The notes under the pieces are model-generated. The model searched no databases, was not told the origin of the DNA, and saw only the letters and a program-made list of their open reading frames with translations. 64,000 nt of DNA, from the NCBI GenBank assembly GCA_018825985.1, contig JAHKAP010000071.1, positions 7,556-71,555 of the forward strand, read 5' to 3'. The DNA comes from Candidatus Omnitrophota bacterium. Its GTDB lineage: Bacteria > Omnitrophota > Gorgyraeia > Gygaellales > Profunditerraquicolaceae. Below, piece by piece: positions 58,309 through 64,000 of the stretch. A program made the position numbers and the translations under genes. Within the stretch, counting starts at the first letter, position 1. Every line of letters begins with the position of its first letter.

Positions 58309-59330
58309 ATATTGGTTGAGAGAGAAAAAATAGAAACGTCCTTCGTTTTTTTTTCTCTCTGATTCAAGCAGCATTTGAAAGCGAGCTTGATTGCCGCGAT
58401 TAATGAGGACGGGTCTGCTTCGCCCTTGCCGGCAATATCAAAAGCAGTGCCGTGTAAAGGTGAAGTTCGCACAAAAGGCAGGCCTAAAGTTATATTGACT
58501 CCGCTGGAATAACCGCTTAATTTCAAGGCAATCAACGCCTGGTCATGATACATAGCTATAACCGCGTCGTATTCGCCTTTAACCGCCCTTAACATTATAA
58601 CGTCAGCTGATTCCGGGCCGTCTAATCTAAATTTTAACCTAAATTCCCTTATGACCGGTTTTATAACCCTATTCTCCTCATCGCCGATCACCCCATTATC
58701 CGAAGCATGAGGATTCAAACCGCATACTGCCAAGCGCGGATGGGGAATATTGAATGAACTCTTAAGGGAGCGAAAAGTAATCCGGATCGCAGAGCGCAAT
58801 GCGTCCTGGTTCACAATGGAAGACACTTTTCTGATCGGGATATGCCGGGTAACCAGGCTTATCCTTATTTTATTATTTAAAAGCATCATTACAAAATCTT
58901 TGGTACCGGTCTTTTTAGTCAGGTACTCAGTGTGCCCGCCATACTTGAATCCAGCCAAATTTATCGATTCCTTGGATATCGGGCAGGTAACCAGGCAGTC
59001 AATTCTTTTATCCTTGATCAACCGCAAAGCCTCGTCAAGATACTCAATCGAGGCCCGGCCATATTCAGCATTTACCTTTCCAAACATAAAATTTTTATAA
59101 TTGACATTGTTCAAGTCAATAAACTCAAACTTATTATTGATGGGGGATGATGAATAATGAATGGTTTTAAATACTTTGCGGTCGCCAATGATTACTATAT
59201 CAGCCTTAACTTTTAAATGCTTCAGGGCCGCGGCGATTATCTCCGGGCCAATGCCGGAAGGATCTCCCATAGTTAAACCGATCTTTGGCCTAAAAGATCT
59301 TAATATACGCTTTTTTACGCAGATCATCAA
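58305..59330 (-). CDS. pdxA: 4-hydroxythreonine-4-phosphate dehydrogenase
   Basis: TMGDPSGIGPE, GHTE, GLNPHA, MYHDQ, RTSPLHGTAFDIAG. Confidence 0.97.
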   Translation of the reverse strand: MMICVKKRILRSFRPKIGLTMGDPSGIGPEIIAAALKHLKVKADIVIIGDRKVFKTIHYSSSPINNKFEFIDLNNVNYKNFMFGKVNAEYGRASIEYLDEALRLIKDKRIDCLVTCPISKESINLAGFKYGGHTEYLTKKTGTKDFVMMLLNNKIRISLVTRHIPIRKVSSIVNQDALRSAIRITFRSLKSSFNIPHPRLAVCGLNPHASDNGVIGDEENRVIKPVIREFRLKFRLDGPESADVIMLRAVKGEYDAVIAMYHDQALIALKLSGYSSGVNITLGLPFVRTSPLHGTAFDIAGKGEADPSSLIAAIKLAFKCCLNQREKKTKDVSIFSLSTNI

Positions 59331-60210
59331 TAAGCTTGACCATTCCTTCCTGCATTTTCCTCTCCCAGAGTATCCTATAGACCCTATCTTGAACCTCGAA
59401 TAAACTCTGCTGGCGGTATAATGTTATATTGCCTACTTTAAAAATGTAAAAACTATCATCTATTTTTACCGGAGCAGAAACCGCGCCGGCCTTAAGGTTA
59501 AATACCACTTCGTCAATCTCTTTTCTTAACTCGCTGTTTTTCCTGCCGGAATGCTTATTGACTTTAAAAGAATACTTATCCGCCGCTTCGCTCCAATCGC
59601 TTTCCGTTTTTAATTTGTCGATTGCCTCTATGGCTGAAGATTCATCAGAAAAAACTATATACTCAAACTCACGCTGTTCAGACAGTTTGAATTCTTCAAT
59701 ATTCTTATAATAAAAATCCGTTACCTCCTCGGGCTCAATAATAATCTTGCTTCTTACCTTAGATTCAATCAGGGCAAACATCAATAGCTGCTCTTTAACT
59801 TTAGTCTCGATATCCGCCTGGACCAAACCCTGCTGCCTTAACGCAATTTCATATTCAGCCTGGTTATTATACTGTTTTATAGTATCGTTTATCTTATCCT
59901 TGATCCTCTGCGGATCGATTTTGATTTCTTCTTTTTTGTCCTCCTGGACTAAAAGCCGGTCCTCGATCAACCTATCCAGCAGGTCTTTTTTTATTGAATC
60001 CATTTTCTCTTCGATCTTTATTTTGTCGTAATTTTCATTTAAACGCATCCGCGTAAAATTCAGAAAATCATCTAATTCTTTCTGAGTGATTGCTTCATTA
60101 TTGACTATAGCGATGATTTTATCAGCAGCGAATGCGGGAACAGTAGATAGTAGGCAGTATGTAGTAGGTAGTATTACAGAAATTATAAAAATTCTAATAG
60201 ATTTAGGCAT
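59290..60210 (-). CDS. surA: SurA-like periplasmic chaperone/PPIase
   Basis: DKIIAIVNNEAIT; LRKKAYIKI; surA-pdxA-rsmA gene order. Confidence 0.8.
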   Translation of the reverse strand: MPKSIRIFIISVILPTTYCLLSTVPAFAADKIIAIVNNEAITQKELDDFLNFTRMRLNENYDKIKIEEKMDSIKKDLLDRLIEDRLLVQEDKKEEIKIDPQRIKDKINDTIKQYNNQAEYEIALRQQGLVQADIETKVKEQLLMFALIESKVRSKIIIEPEEVTDFYYKNIEEFKLSEQREFEYIVFSDESSAIEAIDKLKTESDWSEAADKYSFKVNKHSGRKNSELRKEIDEVVFNLKAGAVSAPVKIDDSFYIFKVGNITLYRQQSLFEVQDRVYRILWERKMQEGMVKLIDDLRKKAYIKIF

Positions 60211-62107
60211 GAACTTCGTCTCCGATTTTTTTAAAATTAGCTATGGCTTCTTTTAAAAGCCGGCAATACAGATCAAAGCCGACCGAATTGATGAATCCAT
60301 GTTGCTGGACGCCTAAGAGGTTTCCCGCGCCTCTCATCTCCAGGTCCTCCATCGCGATCTTAAACCCTGCGCCTAAATGCGCGTAATCTTCCAAGGCCTT
60401 CAGCCTTCTCCTGGCGTCATTATCCAAGGTATCTTTGCGAGGGACCACAAAGTAGGCGTAAGCCGGGCGGTTAAACCTTCCTACCCTGCCCCGCAGCTGA
60501 TGCAAATCCGACAAACCGAAAGTATGGGCATTATTAACGATAATGGTATTAGCATTGGGTATATCTATGCCCGATTCAATGATCATTGTGCAAACCAAAA
60601 TATCGATATTCCCTTTTATGAAATCATACATAACCTGTTCAAGGACTTTAGAGGGCATCTGGCCGTGGCCTATAGCTATCCTGGCCCCTTTAGGCAAGCC
60701 TCTGGCAATCCTCTCTTTCACTCTTTCGATGTCCTGTACCCGGTTATGCAAAAAAAATACCTGCCCTTTCCGCCGGATCTCCCTGAGGATCGCCTGGTGG
60801 ATCAAATCGCCATCATATTCTACCATAATGGTTTTGATAGGCAACCTATTTTCCGGCGGAGTATTAATCACAGAGAGGTCCTTTGCCCCCATCAGGCTCA
60901 TATAAAGAGTCCGGGGTATGGGGGTAGCGGTAAGTGTGATTACATCAATAGCCAGTTTTAAAGCCTTTATTTTTTCTTTTGCCCTGACCCCAAAACGCTG
61001 TTCTTCATCAATTATCAACAGGCCCAGATCCTTGAATTTTACGTCATCGGACAAAAGGCGGTGGGTACCGATAACAATGTCCACGTTCCCCCGGCTAAGA
61101 TTCCTGATAATCTCTTTTTGCTCAGACAATGTTTTAAACCTCGAAAGCATCTGGACATTGACCGGAAAATCCAGAAGCCGCTGAGTAAAATTCTGAAAAT
61201 GCTGTTCCGCCAAAATAGTAGTAGGCACGAGATATGCTACCTGCTTATTATCCATCATCGCCTTGAAGGCAGAGCGCATCGCCACTTCAGTCTTGCCGTA
61301 TCCTACATCGCCGCAAAGAAGCCGGTCCATCGGTTTAGAAGATTCCATATCCAATTTAACCTCTTTTACAGCCTTGATCTGATCCGGGGTCTCCTGATAC
61401 GCAAAGGTCTTCTCAAATTCTATCTGCCACTGGCTATCCCCGGAATAATTAAACCCCGATGCGCTCAGGCGCATCGCCTGCAAAGTTAGAAGTTCCCAGG
61501 CCAATTTCTGAACCCCCTTTCTGGCCTTATCTTTGGTCTTTTGCCATTCTTTGCTGGACAAACGGTAAAGCTTAGGCCTGCGGGTTTGGAATGAGATATA
61601 TTTCTGCACCAGGTGCATATCGTTGACCGGAACATAAAGTTTTTCCATCCGGTCATACTCGATCACCAGATAATCCCTGAAGCCATCTTTATCTTTTACT
61701 TTCTGCAGCCCTAAGAACTTTCCTATACCATGCAAGTTATGGACAACATAGTCTCCGGCATTAACATCCACAAAACTGGATAAAGGAAATTCTTCGCTGA
61801 AACTGGCGGTTCTTAAGGTATGGGCCTTTTTTATCGGCAGGATGATCGCTATCTGATGTTCCCAGAGCAATGATCCCTCAGAAGGAACAAACGTCTTTAT
61901 CCAGGCTATTTTGTTTTCCAGTCCTAATTCTATCCTTATCGGTTGCTCGAAAGTAAAGGGAAAAACGTCAATTATATTACCCCTAAGCGCAAAATCACCC
62001 TCTTCCAGAAGATTATTCTGTCTCTTGTAATCAAAATTAATAAGGGTGGTTACGAGGCTTTCCAGGTCCACATAACCACCCTTATAAAGTTTCAGGGATC
62101 GAAACAT
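60203..62107 (-). CDS. mfd: Transcription-repair coupling factor, short form (634 aa)
   Basis: GDFALRGNIIDVFP, GDYVVHNLHGIGKF, CGDVGYGKTEVAMR, DEEQRFGV, TATPIPRTL, QLRGRVGR, DLEMRGAGNLLG. Confidence 0.92.
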   Translation of the reverse strand: MFRSLKLYKGGYVDLESLVTTLINFDYKRQNNLLEEGDFALRGNIIDVFPFTFEQPIRIELGLENKIAWIKTFVPSEGSLLWEHQIAIILPIKKAHTLRTASFSEEFPLSSFVDVNAGDYVVHNLHGIGKFLGLQKVKDKDGFRDYLVIEYDRMEKLYVPVNDMHLVQKYISFQTRRPKLYRLSSKEWQKTKDKARKGVQKLAWELLTLQAMRLSASGFNYSGDSQWQIEFEKTFAYQETPDQIKAVKEVKLDMESSKPMDRLLCGDVGYGKTEVAMRSAFKAMMDNKQVAYLVPTTILAEQHFQNFTQRLLDFPVNVQMLSRFKTLSEQKEIIRNLSRGNVDIVIGTHRLLSDDVKFKDLGLLIIDEEQRFGVRAKEKIKALKLAIDVITLTATPIPRTLYMSLMGAKDLSVINTPPENRLPIKTIMVEYDGDLIHQAILREIRRKGQVFFLHNRVQDIERVKERIARGLPKGARIAIGHGQMPSKVLEQVMYDFIKGNIDILVCTMIIESGIDIPNANTIIVNNAHTFGLSDLHQLRGRVGRFNRPAYAYFVVPRKDTLDNDARRRLKALEDYAHLGAGFKIAMEDLEMRGAGNLLGVQQHGFINSVGFDLYCRLLKEAIANFKKIGDEVHA

Positions 62108-62112
62108 TAATT

Positions 62113-63999
62113 TTATAACTTAACTTTTTTCTTCTGCCAGGCAAGCACCAGAGGCGATGCGATAAAAACAGTAGAATATACGCCGGAGACAAAACCGACT
62201 ACCAGGGTGAACGCAAAATTGCTCAACACCTCTCCGCCGTAAAATAGGATCGCCAATACCACAAACAAAGTTATGCTTGAAGTAAGCACGGTCCTGGCCA
62301 GAGTCTGATTTACGCTTAGGTTAATCAATTCCGCAAGGCTCATTTTGCGGCTATTGCGCATATTCTCTCTTACCCGGTCATAAATAACTATAGTATCGTT
62401 GATAGAATAGCCGGCTATGGTCAGAAACGCGGTTACACTTAAAAGGTCGATCTGCCTTCCGGTCATAACTAAAAACCCTAAAGCCACTAATACATCATGT
62501 ATAAGGGCTATTACGCCGGCAAGCGCGAAATTAATATGTTTGAACCTGAAGCCGACATAGATCAATATACCCGCCAGGGACCAGACAATCGCGTAAAATG
62601 CCTTGCCCTTCAAATGCTTTCCGGCTATCGGGCCGACATGTTCGATCCTGAGCATCTGCACGTCTTCATCAGGAAAAACTTCCCTTAATTTTGACATTAA
62701 AACCTGATTCTTATCAGATTTAGAGCGGATAAGAATAGCCTTAGGATTGTCCCGGAATTGCTGGATCGAGGCATCGCCTAAATCCAAATCTTTAAGCAGC
62801 TGACGGATCTTATCTACCTGGGGCGGATTCTTAAATGAGTATTCCTGCAGTTGGCCGCCGGCAAAATCTATACCAAAAGCATTTGATCCTTTTTGGAAGA
62901 AAACAACTAAACCGGCAATGATCACTACCGCAGAAATAACATAGAATACTTTTCTCTTACCGATAAAATCAAGTTTGGTCTCACCGATAAACTTAAGCAT
63001 CGGGAAAGATTTAAGCCACCCGAATTTAAGTAAAAGTTCAAAAATTGTCCGGGTAACCACAATAGCGGTAAACATACTAGCCATCAAACCGATGGTCAGG
63101 GTTACAGCAAAACCCCTTATCGGCCCGGTGCCGAACTGAAACAAAAGAAAAGCTGCGATCAAAGTAGTAAGGTTAGAATCAAATATCGCGCTAAACGCCC
63201 GGTTATAGCCATTAGCTATCGCAGCCTTTAAATTCCTGCCCAAGGCAAGCTCTTCCCTGATGCGTTCATTAATCAATACATTGGCATCTACTGCCATACC
63301 TAACGCTAACGCCATACCGGCGATACCCGGCAGGGTCAGTGTAGCTGATACCCCGGGAAACATATAAGGCAGCATCCCCAAACAGCCTGTGATTATTAAA
63401 AGGTTGAGGATTAAAGCAATATTAGCCACCAACCCGGCAATCAAATAATAGATCGCCATAAATATAAAAACCATGGCCCCGCCGATAAGCGTGGCTTTTA
63501 CTCCTTTATTTATCGAATCTTGCCCCAGTAACGGGCCGACAGTCCTCTCTTCTTCGATAACCATAGGAGCGGGCAAAGCGCCGATCCTTAAAACTATAGC
63601 CAGGTCCTGAGCCTGTTCAATATCAAACCTTCCGGTTATAATCCCTTCGCCTGAAGGGATCGCGTCTTTTATCCGGGGAGCGGACTGAACCTTGCCATCC
63701 AGAACAATAGCTAAACGCCTGCCAATATTCGCGGCAGTGATCTCGCCGAATTTTTTTGCGCCCTCGGCATTGAATTTTATGGATACCGCGGGCTCATTAA
63801 ACGAACTCTGATCAAAACGCACTTGGGCATCGGCTACAGTATCACCGGTTAAAAGGGCCTGTTTTTCCAGAAGTAACGGCTCATTGTCTTCGGTGGCATA
63901 TTTTAATTCAAAATCCTCGGCGGCTTTACCTTCAATCGCCTCTTTTAATTTATCCGGATCAGCGGAAACTAATTTGAATTCCAGGAGCGCGGTTTTACC
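62113..63999 (-). CDS. secDF: SecDF fusion protein; 5' end lies beyond the window
   Basis: Frame is open to the edge (GKTALLEFKLV); GALPAP, GMAVDANVLINERIREE, GIDFAGG, GYSINDTIVIYDRVRE. Confidence 0.95.
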   Translation of the reverse strand, partial: GKTALLEFKLVSADPDKLKEAIEGKAAEDFELKYATEDNEPLLLEKQALLTGDTVADAQVRFDQSSFNEPAVSIKFNAEGAKKFGEITAANIGRRLAIVLDGKVQSAPRIKDAIPSGEGIITGRFDIEQAQDLAIVLRIGALPAPMVIEEERTVGPLLGQDSINKGVKATLIGGAMVFIFMAIYYLIAGLVANIALILNLLIITGCLGMLPYMFPGVSATLTLPGIAGMALALGMAVDANVLINERIREELALGRNLKAAIANGYNRAFSAIFDSNLTTLIAAFLLFQFGTGPIRGFAVTLTIGLMASMFTAIVVTRTIFELLLKFGWLKSFPMLKFIGETKLDFIGKRKVFYVISAVVIIAGLVVFFQKGSNAFGIDFAGGQLQEYSFKNPPQVDKIRQLLKDLDLGDASIQQFRDNPKAILIRSKSDKNQVLMSKLREVFPDEDVQMLRIEHVGPIAGKHLKGKAFYAIVWSLAGILIYVGFRFKHINFALAGVIALIHDVLVALGFLVMTGRQIDLLSVTAFLTIAGYSINDTIVIYDRVRENMRNSRKMSLAELINLSVNQTLARTVLTSSITLFVVLAILFYGGEVLSNFAFTLVVGFVSGVYSTVFIASPLVLAWQKKKVKL

Positions 64000-64000
64000 G

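Noticed and set aside
2109-62688. Numerous plus-strand ORFs of 60-194 aa (e.g. 31010-31564, 42499-43044, 60377-60961)
   Set aside because: All but the 16844 ORF lie mainly antisense to well-supported minus-strand genes and show no recognisable motifs; treated as shadow ORFs

Overview
All supported genes in this AT-rich 64-kb window are on the minus strand. In transcription order (right to left) there are four blocks. (1) Housekeeping genes secDF (partial), a short mfd, surA-like, pdxA and rsmA. (2) A sigma70-like promoter, then a ~16-kb envelope block with two paralogous modules (small MerR-type HTH, secretin, coiled-coil/TPR protein, ExeA-type ATPase), a GspC-like protein and an HD-GYP protein, but no GspE/PilB, GspF or pilins in the window. 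(3) wza and wzc, separated by a REP-associated tyrosine transposase and an 8-gene RiPP-like cassette (S26 peptidase, PqqD/RRE, 67-aa Cys-containing precursor ending in Ser, two radical SAM/SPASM enzymes, HprK-like kinase, ABC exporter, nucleotidyltransferase). (4) A ~31-kb Wzx/Wzy surface-glycan locus with 13 glycosyltransferases, 8 methyltransferases, AlgI/AlgJ-type acyltransferases, a radical SAM and DegT pair, WbqC, a PIG-L deacetylase and a partial WecA. Several short inverted-repeat families fill the intergenic space. Two of them flank a nuclease/transposase gene (RAYT; GxxExxY) and also occur as empty copies elsewhere in the window. Gene content resembles Candidatus Omnitrophota (inference, not verified). 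No rRNA, tRNA or CRISPR array was seen. All calls come from motif recognition, without database searches.
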